Source: Piromyces finnis finn (lineage: Eukaryota > Fungi > Neocallimastigomycota). Taken from it: DNA of 64,000 nucleotides. Positions 30,201-41,990 of the stretch are shown here, piece by piece. Each line of letters starts with the position of its first letter. Positions within the stretch are counted from its first letter, which is position 1. The translations under genes and the position numbers were made by a program. A model generated the notes under the pieces. It saw nothing but the letters and a program-made list of their open reading frames with translations. It was not told where the DNA came from and did not search any database. The DNA lies in the NCBI GenBank assembly GCA_002104945.1, contig MCFH01000002.1:1860001-1924000 (forward strand), written 5' to 3'.

Positions 30201-31724
30201 ATCTTCTACATCATTGGAATAGCAAGAAAGAGCTTGGGATTGAAATATAGAAATATCTTCAACATCAACAATAGGAATAAATTTATTATCAGAAGATTTC
30301 AAAATTAATGTTTTATCAACTGTATCAATCATAATGCGATTTTCATTTTGTGTTTTAAATCCAATAATAGCATCATAAAATGAATCGTTTTTATCTGATA
30401 TTCTAAATATAGAATCAAATTCAATTTTGCCTATTTTTACATGAAGTTTCACTAGATCATATACTCTAGCAACATCATCAACCATTGCTTGTCTTATTCT
30501 TCCTCTAATTTGTCCTACAATTTCAAAATCTTTAATTTTATTATCTAAAAAGGAGCGCGTAATTAAATTTGTATTACTACATGCATCAATAAATATAGCT
30601 GCTGAATGGGAATTGATTGTACCATGAACAACTGCAACATCATGATCGTTTACTTTGGTTCTTCCATCGATATTAATGAAATTATTATTTAATTTATACA
30701 AATTATTATTATTTTCATCAACTTCAGTGGTACTAATAGTAATATTATCCAACTTTAAATTCTTTAATCCCTTAATTAATTCAGCTTTGGACGTTTTACT
30801 AACACCTAAAAGTTGTCCAAAAGTAATATTAGCTGGAGTATTTAATAAATCGGTACATATATTATATTCTTCTGAATCTTTTAGCATTTGGATTGAAGTT
30901 TTTGTTTTTATACTATTAGAATTATCACTAGGTAATATATTTTCCAAAGTGGATTCTTCATTTATACGCGTGTTTTTACGCGTTTTCTTTACCTTATTAG
31001 CTTCTTTCATATCTATATCGGTATTTAAACTAGTAGTCTTATTTTTCTTTGATTTATCTTCATTTTCTAATTTAAAATTTACTTTCCTGGTTTTATTATT
31101 CTTATCAATTGAATTATCATTAATATTATTATTCAATTTTATATTATTATTTATATCTTTTTCATTATTATTATTATCCGAAGTGTTATCTTTAATATTG
31201 CTATAATTATTTTTATTATTGATATTGATATTGTTATTAATATTATTATTATCATTATTATTTAAATTATTATTGTTAAAATTATTACTAGAATTATTAG
31301 TATTATTATTGGTATTAAAATTATTATTATAGATATCATCAAAATTATTACTAATATTATTGTTAAAATTATTTTCATTTGTAATATTGCTATTCATATT
31401 ATTAAAATTGTTATTATTCATATTATTATTTAAATTAGTTTTATTCATATTATTAATGTTATTATTAGTGTTAATATTAGTATTAATATTTTTAAAATTA
31501 TTCTTTTCTCTTTCTGTATTAGGAATTCTGGAATATGGATTTTTAGCTTTTAATTTCTCATCTCGATGTCTTTTAGCTGCAGCAACAATAGCTTCATAAT
31601 TAGGTGAATAAGTAGTTGCTGTAACATCGGGATTCATTGTATTATTATTATTATAGTAATAGTTATTATTAGTGTTGGCAGTTTGATTAACGGAAGTTTG
31701 CCCTCTTCCATAACCTAGTTTTTT
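27291..31724 (-). CDS. pol: Element A pol (PR-RT-RNaseH-IN), reached by -1 frameshift
   Basis: Protease FIDACS, RT YLDD, RNase H IRSDAC/TELE/YTDH, integrase HHCC (H..GH, CKIC), LDIIG, ITDNG, GLVENRN, FIGPF. No chromodomain. Confidence 0.95.
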   Translation of the reverse strand, partial: KKLGYGRGQTSVNQTANTNNNYYYNNNNTMNPDVTATTYSPNYEAIVAAAKRHRDEKLKAKNPYSRIPNTEREKNNFKNINTNINTNNNINNMNKTNLNNNMNNNNFNNMNSNITNENNFNNNISNNFDDIYNNNFNTNNNTNNSSNNFNNNNLNNNDNNNINNNININNKNNYSNIKDNTSDNNNNEKDINNNIKLNNNINDNSIDKNNKTRKVNFKLENEDKSKKNKTTSLNTDIDMKEANKVKKTRKNTRINEESTLENILPSDNSNSIKTKTSIQMLKDSEEYNICTDLLNTPANITFGQLLGVSKTSKAELIKGLKNLKLDNITISTTEVDENNNNLYKLNNNFINIDGRTKVNDHDVAVVHGTINSHSAAIFIDACSNTNLITRSFLDNKIKDFEIVGQIRGRIRQAMVDDVARVYDLVKLHVKIGKIEFDSIFRISDKNDSFYDAIIGFKTQNENRIMIDTVDKTLILKSSDNKFIPIVDVEDISIFQSQALSCYSNDVEDIYFDYEDITASTILAVVEENRPNKIENNNNNKMDIINNIISNIKVDNDVDKNLFSSLLKNFNDVIAVSSDDLEPSNLLPHHIILEDNVRPIKQKAYNISQVQLSGLKEELEKLINKGLIEPSHSPWASPVVMVKKKNGKWRLCIDFRKLNNVTVKDAYALPKIKEIFDSLKDSKIFSTIDLFSGYHQIPMFKEDMDKTSFTTKFGNYYFKVMPFGLTNAPATFQREMNRIFFDLINECVQIYLDDIIIYSPSFENHINDLRKVFTILRNNKLKLNIEKCSFCQLEIEALGHRVTIDGLLPLEKKVASIKEMNPPRDISELRSFLGMTSYYRNFIENYSAIAAPLCKLLKKKIKYEWTEIQEQSFRNLIYCLVNAPILCFPKFDVPFIIRSDACGYGIGGVLLQLYDDNIEHPVYFVSRSIKKTEENYTTTELEGTAAYYCLLQFEPYILGNPFQTILYTDHEPLVPIIKKGEPNTKKHQRWCDKFSQLKVNIIYQPGKANKIADALSRITLKENLIVNTTISDGNDNNNKDENNSNINKLIANNLDNLEINNNNNNNDNNNNNINNIDISNKTNSSNFTEEENEKFVSDFMKKFLNDKIVTIDNKLYFKDNNNFREIIDDPYTKIKIIAKEHRIGHEGVQKTYERIKNKFYWKNLIIDVKKYVSLCKICQLNKSEPLPKPTEKFRTPVEAPFVRLGLDIIGPLRETTLGNKYIMVCVDYFTKWVEAKPVRTTTSQDVTNFLVEVFSRHGTPQLIITDNGVQFVSEYTKIFVDLYDVYIHFISTYHPESNGLVENRNREIGKQLRNFSDNNENWDVLLPIALWAIRTCKSVSTGYSSFELLYGRSENIPIDINIRNSILSIEERSIEELLMERFIDHAKWVKQAASKMLGTINYWKSRRLAQQSMNNKNNYKIGDKVKIRNQQRNKLEPYFIGPFIIREISWNTAKLQDELTGQYLERNVHFKNILPFRE

Positions 31725-32644
31725 GTATAATATGTAGAGTTCATGTGTGGGCAAAATCTGGCAATATGACCTGGTTCATGGCAGAAATAACAGGTCTTTA
31801 TGTGTAAGTTCTGCATTCCGTTAATCAAATCATTCATTTCATCATTTTGATTATTAATGCTAGTAGTTAATCTTGTATTATTATTAGAATTTGATATATT
31901 AGAATATTGTGTACTAGCACCATTATTCATACTATTATAGCTTTTACTATAATTAACATTATTACCATTATTATTACTATTATTATTAACATTATTATTT
32001 ACTTTAATATTATGTGGAGGATTGTAATTATTGTAATTATTCGAATATCTAGGCCTACTATAAGTATAATTCGAATTATTATAATTGTTATTATTAGTAC
32101 GACGGTAGTTCATAGACGAAGTACTAGCTCTAAGATTTGGACCATTATGAATTTCATAATATCTTTCAGCAATCCCCATAGCATCTTCAATTGATTTTGG
32201 ATCTGCGAATGCAACCTTTTCATAAACATCATCTTGTGCAACTAGAGCGAATTCATAGTCATACACAGAAATCTTGTCTTTGAATTCATCTGGCAGATCA
32301 TCATAAAGCTTCATAAACTTTTTATCAAATTCTAATACATTTTCATTAACTTCAATTTTTAACATTTTTAATTTCCTAAATTTGGCAGCTTTATCATTGT
32401 TTGAATGATATTTCTTCATAAGTATTACTTTACATTCATTAAGAGATAAGTCTCTATTTACTTTTCTCCTATGTTCCAGAATCGCTTTGGTAGCTTCTTC
32501 ACGCGTACTAGCCAAAATATAACGGTAGATATCTTCATTAGCTACCTTTTCTATAGCTAACCAATTTTCTAAAAGATCCACCCAGGTATCTACATCTTGG
32601 TTAGTTCCTCCAATTGTTGGAAGTGGAATTTTAAATTCACCCAT
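31715..32644 (-). CDS. gag: Element A gag with CCHC zinc knuckle
   Basis: 309-aa ORF with CYFCHEPGHIARFC. Ends ACA AAA AAC TAG. Confidence 0.93.
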   Translation of the reverse strand: MGEFKIPLPTIGGTNQDVDTWVDLLENWLAIEKVANEDIYRYILASTREEATKAILEHRRKVNRDLSLNECKVILMKKYHSNNDKAAKFRKLKMLKIEVNENVLEFDKKFMKLYDDLPDEFKDKISVYDYEFALVAQDDVYEKVAFADPKSIEDAMGIAERYYEIHNGPNLRASTSSMNYRRTNNNNYNNSNYTYSRPRYSNNYNNYNPPHNIKVNNNVNNNSNNNGNNVNYSKSYNSMNNGASTQYSNISNSNNNTRLTTSINNQNDEMNDLINGMQNLHIKTCYFCHEPGHIARFCPHMNSTYYTKN

Positions 32645-33463
32645 TATTGAATTGAAAATAGAATAAATAATTAATTGGTAATATTATATGAAATAAAAAA
32701 AAAAAATAAAATAAAAATAAATGTAATTCTTAATTATAAGATTAAAATAATGTAAATAATACAATATTTTAATTCTCTTTAAATAAAATAAAATAAAATA
32801 AAATAATTAAAATAGTTAGAATTAAAATAAGTAAGAAGATACAATATTTTAATTCACTTAGATAATGATAATTATAAAATAATTAGAATTAAAATAAGTA
32901 AGAGAATACAATATTTTAATTCACTTAAAATAATATGAAAATTTCTTTAAAATAAAACTCACTATAACTAATATAGTTGGTAGTAAGCTTAATCAGATAT
33001 TATAAAATAAGTAAAAATATTATAAAATATGTAATAATAATTCTTAAATATAAAATTCTTTATATATAATATAATGTTATATAGTAATATAACATAAAAC
33101 TTTTCAAACTATTGAATAAAAATAAAATAAATAATCTACCAACTAATAAACATATATGAATAAAAGATTAATCGTTTTTATTCTGGTCCGATTTCCCCAG
33201 TTTCTCTTATTCAATTATATAAAAATAATAAAATTGTATTAATAATAATATTCTTGTGGATATTAGAATATAACTTGACTAAAGTAAATACTCTAAATTT
33301 CACAAAATACAAAGGTAAAATAAAGAAAATAAAAATAACAATTAATTCAATTCAATAATATCGCGTTTATTTTCCACTTAATAATAAAACACTCAAACTA
33401 AATAATTAAATTCACCTATATTATAGATTTAATTAACTAATATTAATATCTTTTATTCTACAA

Positions 33464-33480
33464 CCTCACACTTCGCACCA
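33464..33480 (-). promoter_or_regulatory. Element A tRNA primer-binding site TGGTGCGAAGTGTGAGG
   Basis: Begins 3 nt inside the 5' LTR with TGG, complementary to a tRNA CCA end. The ...UUCGCACCA terminus resembles tRNA-Phe (tentative). Confidence 0.75.
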
Positions 33481-35582
33481 ATTTGATATAAGTTTCTTTT
33501 ATGTTGTAGTAATTTAATATTAGTTTATTTATAATTTATTATATTAGGTGAAAAATATTTTATTACTATTAACTTCTCTCTTATTAATAATTTCACTTAT
33601 AATATTTTCTTATTAATTATTAAAGCTCTTCCCTTTCTAATTATTAATTATTTTTACATGAATATTTTTATATTATAAAATTCCTATAATTGAATATCAA
33701 TTATATAATGTAATGTATTCATAATATATGAATAATAATTAAATAGGATATAATATTATATATTTTACATTTTATATGAAATATTACTATATAAGGAAAG
33801 GTAATGTAATACAAATAAGTATTACAATAAAATTAATACTAATATATAATATTAATATTTAAGAATATAATGAAATATGTACATGAATTCTATAACTAAT
33901 ATATAAATAATGTATTATAATATATATCAATTATTATATTATTATTATGAAATATTATATATAAATTTCTAAAGATGAAATTGAATATTTTAAATAATAA
34001 AAATTATTTTAAATATTGGCTAATATGTAGCTAGACATATTAATTTCATATCACAATAATATGTGACTTAAACATATTATTATATTAGTAAATTTTTTTA
34101 ATATTAAATTTATATAGGTTTTACTATAATATTAATTATTTCTATAATGTATAAAAATGTAATGTAAATGCATATCAAATGTAAGAATATGTAATGTAAA
34201 AGAATAATGTAGATATATAATCCATATAATTCCAGCCGTATAATTGAACAATTAGTTATTAAGTCAACCCCATTTATCAATACAATGATACATTGAAGAT
34301 ATTATCTTAATTCTATAAATGAATATAGAAAGCAATAATATTTGTATCTAAAATTTAATAAATAAAAATAAATAAAATAAAATAAATAATTTTTATACTT
34401 GTTCATTTGCAAGTGTTAGTTTTATAATATAAAATTTACTTCATTTAATTTAAATTATAAAATTATAATATTATTTAATGTAAAGGTTTTATATTCAAAA
34501 TAGATTATAAAATTTTACAATAAAACAAAACACAAAATAAAAATAAAAAAAATAAAACAAAAAAACAAGATATATTTTAAAATTCTCCTTTATTAGTTTT
34601 ATTTAGCTATTAACTAAATTATGGTCAATAACAATTACATCGTGATTGGTATCACTATTATCACTTTTTTTTTATTTTTATTTTTTTTTTATCTTCACAA
34701 TTATCACCTACAACAATATATATATAAATCAGTTTTAATTAAGAAAATTTACATGTATTTATATTTTTTGTAAAATATATTTTAATATACTATCTTATTT
34801 AATTATACATATATTCAATATAAAATAAATAAAACTAATTTAATACTAATTTAATTAAATGATAAAATAATAAAAATAAATTAAAACTAATTAATTACAC
34901 TTTTGATTCAATTTGAGTAAACTGCAAATTAAATACAGTCTGTAATGTTGAACACTGAAAGAATAGATTAGGATATCTATTCTATTACAATAACACAAAA
35001 ATTCGAAAAAATAAAATAAAAAATTGTTTTATAAAATATCTTTTATTATAATAGAATTTTAATAATAACAATTACATCGATAAAATGATGAAAAATATCT
35101 TCTATTTATATTTTTCCTAAATACATTTATATTATATTATAACTATTTATTTCTTATATATTATTATTTAAAATCTACACTAAAATCTTAATTATTAATA
35201 AATATTTAAACTATAACTATTTTTAGTAAAATACAATTGGCAATTCAAATTAAGTACTATTTAATTTGAATATGTGCCCATGTATTATTGATATATTAAT
35301 CATTTATTATTTATCTATTTCTATAAAAAAACAATACTAAAACTAGGGATTTAAATTGAGAATATTAATTTACTTGTTAAACATTAAAAATAAATTAATA
35401 ATTTATTTTGTTTTAAACTTTAATTATTAATAAATAAATTATGTCTCATTTTCTTTTTCTGAATATAATTTGTGTAACTTAAACAATAATACTTGTGGCT
35501 TAAGTTACATTAAAGATATCAAACAGAGGCGTTTGATATCTTTACAATCTCTCTCTCTAAGTCGAGCTCCTGCGAGATTAAT

Positions 35583-36677
35583 TTATAAGGAATCTTTTCT
35601 CGAAGGAATTTCAATTACAAATGGTTGGTATCTGTGCTTGATTAGATTACCAACTTTATTCTTTCTAATTTTCATGGAGGAGTCGTTCGACTTATATTTT
35701 GACTTTTTAGAGTTTCTTTCAAACTCTTGTATTAATTGTTTATCTGGAATCTGATCTTCAGAAATCCAAGTGGATTTGTCAAATCCTTTCCATGATAACT
35801 TATAAAATGTTTCACCATTAACAGATTTCATCTTTTCAATTTTCTCTGGAATTTTTTCAATTAAATCTGTGTTAAGGTGAATGTTCCTCTTCCTACGATT
35901 AGACCTGTCGTTAAACTTGTTTTCAAAGTATGGTTCTAACAATGAAACATGAAAGACTGGATGACATCTCATTGTCTTTGGAAGTTTCAATTTGAAAGCG
36001 AGAGAACTAACTTTTCCAATTATCTCAAATGGGCCAAGCATTTGAGGTGCTAATTTTCTCTTTAGGTTAGTTCCAGGAGAATCTTTCAATAACCATACCT
36101 TCTTTCCCACTTCGAACTCCGGGGGAATCATTCTCTTCATATCGGCATATTTCTTATATGTTTCTTTTGCTTTTTCTAAGTTTTCTTTTAATAATTTAAA
36201 GTTTTCATTCATATCAATTACTCTTTGTTCAGCTCTACTAGGTCTATCATTAGCTGGAATTTCTAAGCTGAACTTTGGATGAAAACCATAATTAGCAAAG
36301 AATGGAGATTGATTTATAGATTGTTGTAAAGTATTATTATATGCAAATTCAGCAAATGGGATAAGATCAACCCAGTTATTCTGCTTTTTATTTATAAAAC
36401 AACGGAAATATTGTTCTAATATGCCGTTCACCCTCTCCGTTTGACCATCTGTCTGCGGATGGTTGGCAGTTGATAATGAATGATTGATATTAAGAAGGTC
36501 ACAAAGTCTTGACCAAAAGTCAGAAGTAAATTGCGAGCCTCTATCAGAAATGATGGAATCAGGAAGACCATGTAAACGGAAGACATTAGCAATAAAAGCA
36601 TCAGCAGCAATCGAAGCAGTAGGAAGACAACGTAAAGGAATGGCGTGAGCAAATTTAGTAAATCTATCGACAACAAC
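35583..36677 (-). CDS. pol: Element B pol, 3' part: integrase core, GPF motif and chromodomain-like tail
   Basis: VDRFTKFAH...ISDRGSQF...GQTERVNGILEQY...LGPF...HPVFHVSLLEPY...YKLSWKGFDKSTWISEDQI. Rejoins in frame with 42837 after removing C and one TSD copy (LMVVVDRF). Confidence 0.92.
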   Translation of the reverse strand, partial: VVVDRFTKFAHAIPLRCLPTASIAADAFIANVFRLHGLPDSIISDRGSQFTSDFWSRLCDLLNINHSLSTANHPQTDGQTERVNGILEQYFRCFINKKQNNWVDLIPFAEFAYNNTLQQSINQSPFFANYGFHPKFSLEIPANDRPSRAEQRVIDMNENFKLLKENLEKAKETYKKYADMKRMIPPEFEVGKKVWLLKDSPGTNLKRKLAPQMLGPFEIIGKVSSLAFKLKLPKTMRCHPVFHVSLLEPYFENKFNDRSNRRKRNIHLNTDLIEKIPEKIEKMKSVNGETFYKLSWKGFDKSTWISEDQIPDKQLIQEFERNSKKSKYKSNDSSMKIRKNKVGNLIKHRYQPFVIEIPSRKDSL

Positions 36678-37554
36678 TGTAAAGATATAATATATATCTT
36701 TAGATTATTTAATAATTAATTATTAATTATTAAATAATAAATTAATATTTAGTAAAACTGATTATAAAATTTTTGAGTAAATTTTATGGAATAATTTAAT
36801 AATAAATTATTTTATAATAATTCCGTTAAATTTAAATTAAGATAAATATTTAAGTTTAAGGAATAAACGAATTTTAATTAAATTTAAATATTTCAAATAT
36901 TTTAAATAATTAAAATATTTTTCAAATACTTTTTATTTAGTTTTAGAATAGATTATACTTTTTTATTTAAATTTAGAATAGTTTAATAATTTTAACTTAG
37001 TTTTAAAAATAGATTTATTTATATTTCAATAGGAAATATATTAAGAATAGTATTGATAATATTAAATTAATTTATAGAAAATACATGGGCTTTATTCAAT
37101 TTTGAGTTTACTCAAATTGAATTAAAAGTATAATGAATTAGTTTAGTTTAGTTCTGTTATTTTATTATTTAATTAAATTAGTTTTGTTTATTTTATATTA
37201 AATATATGTTTATTTAAATAGAATAATATATTAGAATATAATTATGAAAAAATATAAATACATGTAATTTTTATTTGTTAAATCGATGTAATTGTTATTT
37301 TCAATTTTTTAATTATTAACTATTATATAGTTAATAATATTTTTAAGAGTTTAAATAAAAATGTTTTTTTTTTAAAATAAAAATTTAATGTTTTATTTTT
37401 TTATTTTTGTGTTAATAAAAATTGTTTTGTTTTAAGTATAAAATCTGTTTTAAATTTTATACTTTTACAATAACAATTACCTTTTCTTATTAAAAAACAC
37501 GTTTTATATTTAATAATAAAACAATTTTTATTTTCTGAAGTTACAACATTGGGA

Positions 37555-37910
37555 ATTGCTACCGTAGAAAATTTGGAACTTTTCGGAAATTTTTTCTCTT
37601 CGGAAATTTTTTTTTGTCTACTTGAGTAGCCTACCTTGTGGAACTATTTATGGTGTAACTTCTGTCAGTGTAACATTAATTTTGTGTTACCCTACTTTGT
37701 GAAATTCTAAATAAATTTTGTGAAACACTACTTTGTGGAACTATAATTGTGGAATTTTTACCTACTTGTGGAACACTACCTTGTGAAATCCTTCCTTCGT
37801 GGAATTCTTTTGAACGAATCTCGTGGAACTTTGCTTGTGGAACTTCTACTCTGTGAAACTTTCCTTTTTATATTGGAATTGGAATAAGTGTAACTCTACT
37901 GTATGGAACA
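37555..37910 (+). repeat. Degenerate short-repeat block (CTACYTTGTGGAA-like, roughly a dozen copies) in C's leader
   Basis: Recurrent ctaccttgtggaac, ctactttgtgaaa, ctacttgtggaac and tcgtggaac variants. Confidence 0.8.
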
Positions 37911-38027
37911 ATGAAATCTTTATATATAAAATCTATCTGTAATACTAATAGAAATATATTTATGAAATACTCTTGTTTTTAAATTGATGAAACTCTTTTA
38001 AAATTAAATTTAATTATAATATACTAT

Positions 38028-39355
38028 AAAAAGAACTCGCCCGACACCGTTTGATAGGATAGAGTCTGAGCGACATCTTTTATACATAGTATATTATAAA
38101 TTAAATTGGATATATACAATTAAAAGAGTAAATTAAATCAAAAAATTAATTGCAAAGTAAGAAAATTAAAACTTATTTAAAAAGAAAGAAAATTAAGAAA
38201 AAGTTAATAAAATTTTAAAATTATTTAAATATATTGAGAAATAAGTGAATTAGTATGTTGATTTCACTTATTTGAATGAATTATTAATTGTTATTTTGAA
38301 ATGAACTTATTATATACTTAAAAGACCTCGCTCGACACCGTTTGATAGGATAGAGTCTGAGCGACATCTTTTAAACATGGTATATAATAATTATAGAATT
38401 ATTTAAAATATATTGAGAAATATGAAAATTAAAATTTTGATATTTATTAATTAAAATGAAATTGAGAAATAAGTGAATTAAAATGTAAATATCACCTATT
38501 GGAAAAAGTTATTTTATTGAAATATATTTATTATATATTATAAAAGACCTCGCTCGACACCTTTTGATAGGATAGAGTCTGAGCGACATCTTTAGATATT
38601 GTATATAATAAATTAAATTGAATATATAATTAAAACAAATTAAAATTTGATTATATAATAAGTAAATTTGAAATGAATTTATTATATACATAAAAGACCT
38701 CGCTCGACACCTTTTGATAGGATAGAGTCTGAGCGACATCTTTTAGATATAGTATATAATAAATTAAAATTAAGAAATGAATTAAAATTTTACAATAAAA
38801 GTAAAAGTAATAAATGTGTAAAGTTAGCTAAATAAATAAATTATTCTTTATTATAATAAGATTTCGATGACACCTTTTTAGAGGACAGAGTCAGATCGAC
38901 ATCTTTTTGGGAAATAGTATATAATAAATTAAATTGAAAATACTATAAATTAATTTAACTTGAAAATTTGAAATATATAATTTAATTTAATGAAGTTAGA
39001 AAATGATTTGATATTTAAAATTACTTTTAAAATAATTTAATTTTATACTAAATAAATAATTCGATGACACCTTTTCTTTAAAGGATAGAGTCAGGTCGAC
39101 TTCTTTAATATGAAGATACAATATAAATTCGATTAACTAACTAAATAAATAAAATATATTCAAGGATTATATATTATTAATTAAATTAGATAAATACAAT
39201 TAAGAAGTTTATTAAATAATATATTAAAATATTATGAAGTAATACGAAAACGAGCTTAAAAAAAAAAAAATAATTTAATTTCATTGTAATAACATGTTTT
39301 ATACTTTATAAAGAATTCGCTGACACCAGTTGATAGGATGGAGTTGACTTCTTTT
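38028..39355 (+). repeat. Array of seven ~50-55-nt hairpin motifs in C, spaced about 150-290 bp apart
   Basis: Consensus AAAAGACCTCGCTCGACACCTTTTGATAGGATAGAGTCTGAGCGACATCTTTT at 38028, 38320, 38542 and 38692. Diverged copies at 38858, ~39058 and ~39310. Confidence 0.92.
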
Positions 39356-39888
39356 ATATAAAGGTGTATTTTATATAACTGAATATTTGACTAAATAGAA
39401 AATTCTTAATAATTAGAATATAAATTTAAAGCATTTTTAATTTGATTTGAATTTATCAACAAAAGTCAATACAAATTTAGTTATTTAAAAAGTTATACAT
39501 TTATTAAAAAAAAATTATTTTTATATTTAGTAAATTAAGATAATTTGATTGTAATAGTTTATTAAATAATTTATTAAACAAATGATTAAGAATAAATAAT
39601 TAAAATAATTTGAATTCAATATGAGGAGGTTTTACAAATTTAGTTGTTAAATAAATTATGTTTTTTATATTTAATAAATTAAAATAAATTAATTAAATAA
39701 AGAATTTTTTATAAAGAAGTTATTGTATATCTAGTTAATAAGTTTATATTTTTATTAAGAAGTAAGTTTTATATTTAAAAGATTCAAATAACTTGAATAA
39801 ATTAATATAGTAGTTTTGATTGAATAATTATAAAGTTAAATAAATATATAATAAGAAATGAGTGTAATATTTTTTATTCTTAATAATA

Positions 39889-41990
39889 TGATGGTAGTGA
39901 AATCAGAGCTAGAAAATTAATCTATTCTGGATCTGTTCTTAATTTCATTTATCTGGATTTTATAAAGAATAAAATGAAAATAAAAAGAAACAAGAAAGAA
40001 GAACAATTCAGTAATGAAATAATAAATTTGAAAATTCCAATGTTTTAAAAAGAAACTTAATGAATTACTGAATTGTGGAGGATTATAACAAAATGTTAAG
40101 TACATTTGTCCTATGGAAAATAATGTTATCTAAATAATTTTAATTATAATAAATGTAATTTAAAAAATAAATATGATTGTAATGTATTAGTATTGTAGAA
40201 TTAGAAATAGCTATAATAGAAATTAATGAGGAATAGTTTTAGTAATAGTAACAACTTGATAGTATAATAGTTAGTATTAATAATAATTAAAAAAAAAATA
40301 GAATTAATAAATACAACAAATGAAAAAAAAAATATAATAAAATGTAATAAATAGAATAAAGTAATAAATAGAATAAGTTAATAAATATGATAAATGTAAT
40401 AAATAGAATAAATTAATAAATATAATAAGTTAATAAATATGATAAATGTAATAAATATAATGAATAAAACAAATATAAATTAATGTAATATGTATAATAA
40501 TTATAAGAGTTTTTAATAAATGAATAGTTTTTATGTACTTAATAAAACGAACTTTATAAAGGAAAAAAAAAGATTTTAATCTTTATACAATTCTTTTTAA
40601 TGGAAGTATAATGAGATTGATAACTATAATTACTATATATTGATTGTAGGAAATTAAATGATATAATTATTGAAATTCATATATTCCTTTAATCAATAAA
40701 TAAGATAAATGGAGTAAAATATGTTTTTAAACTAAATTTAAATATATCAATAGCTTAGTAAGAATTAAATAAAGTGATGAATTTAAAATTACTTTAATCT
40801 TTATATGGCATTTTTAATTTATTATCATACCTTTTATTCAAAAATGTATCAGCTCTATTTTAATATTTTAAGTGATGCTTTTGATGAAGTATTTTAATTA
40901 CTTTATAATTAATAATATTTAGTACAACATTATGTATATGTTTATATCAATTCTGTGATGTTTTATTGATGATATTTAAATTTATGAATTCATTGTTAAA
41001 TTTTTAAAAAAGAAATAATTTTATAATACCATATATTGATAAATTATAAAATAAAAGAGAATTATAAATATGCTAAAAGTATTTTAAAAACGTCTAAAAA
41101 TGATAAATTTGTTAATTAAATTATAGTATTTACTTGATGACTTGATACCACTTTTGTTTATTTAATAATAAGATTAAAAAAAAATAGTGGTATAGTTAAT
41201 ATAATTATTGAATGATGTTTTTCCATTATTATTAATGAATGTTAATTTTTTTACAAATATTTTATTACTAAGAATTTTGTTATATTTATTTGCTTAATAA
41301 TAACCTTTAAAAAAAATAAGTTCCACTTGGTTTAAAGCTTGTACAATAATAAAAAACATTTAATACTCTTTAAATGCTATTTTCTTTATAATTTTAGAAT
41401 TGTCTGTTTGATATATTTAATATAAATTTTATCACAGACTTTTCATTTAAATGAGAGGGTGAACGAGATATTGTTCCAATATCTCCGTTGGTTAATAAAA
41501 TCGAATTGATTGTTATATTGGAATCTACTTATAATATTTTATTGTAATCAATCAATCAATTTCAATTTTATACAAACTATGGATTTAATTTAAAATTTAA
41601 TATTGAAATTTCTTCAGCTAATAAATCAAAGAAAGTTGAACAGATTATTATAAGTATTAATAAAAAGTATTAAAATTGTAAAATAGAATTTTAATCATGC
41701 ATAAGAAGATTATAAAAGTCATGATGATCAAGAAGAATTGAATAAATAAAAATTTGAAACTTAAGTAAATGTTTTGTTTTGAATACTTAAATAAAAATGT
41801 TAATAGAAAACAATTTATAAATAACCATAATCTGAATATAAAAACAAATGGATTCTTGATGATTAAGTTTTAGATAAATTATTAGAATTATGTATAAGTA
41901 ACAAGAATGATAATAAGAGTATAAATAAATTAAATACTTATATATTTTTTTAACAATGTTATGATTTAGAAAAAGTAGTAACCATTTGTT
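39889..41990 (+). pseudogene. Heavily decayed pol relics inside C
   Basis: ~39915 LIYSGSVLNFI (B: LIDSGSELNFI, protease). ~40755 LVRIK*SDEFKI (B: LVRIKEGDEYKT, RT). ~41565 FYTNYGFNLKFNIEISS...KVEQ (B: FFANYGFHPKFSLEIPA...RAEQ, integrase). The order is collinear with pol. Confidence 0.75.

Larger units (their letters stand above)
26374..34053 (-). mobile_element. Element A: full-length Ty3/gypsy LTR retrotransposon without a chromodomain, apparently intact
   Basis: 570-bp LTRs at 26374-26943 and 33484-34053 (TGATAT...ATATCA), identical by eye. 4-bp TSD CAAT (26370-73 and 34054-57). tRNA-type PBS and gag plus pol ORFs present. Confidence 0.97.

Noticed and set aside
38339-38372. Hammerhead ribozyme (retrozyme) suggested by CTGAGCGA
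   Set aside because: The core would need CUGANGA followed by stem II and GAAA. Here there is an extra base, no GAAA in position, the motif is paired in the stem, and copies 5-6 change it to CAGATCGA and CAGGTCGA. No twister or HDV-like pattern was seen either.
38509-38739. 76-aa ORF with repeated MSLRLYPIKRCRARSF
   Set aside because: It is the antisense reading of hairpin copies 3 and 4. Unit lengths between other copies vary and the frame is not preserved.
38028-39355. CRISPR-like array interpretation of the palindromic repeats
   Set aside because: Eukaryotic context with no cas genes. The intervening sequences are 100-240 bp and homologous to one another (shared gtatataataaattaaatt, tattgagaaata, gaaatgaa.ttattatata), so they are not unique spacers.
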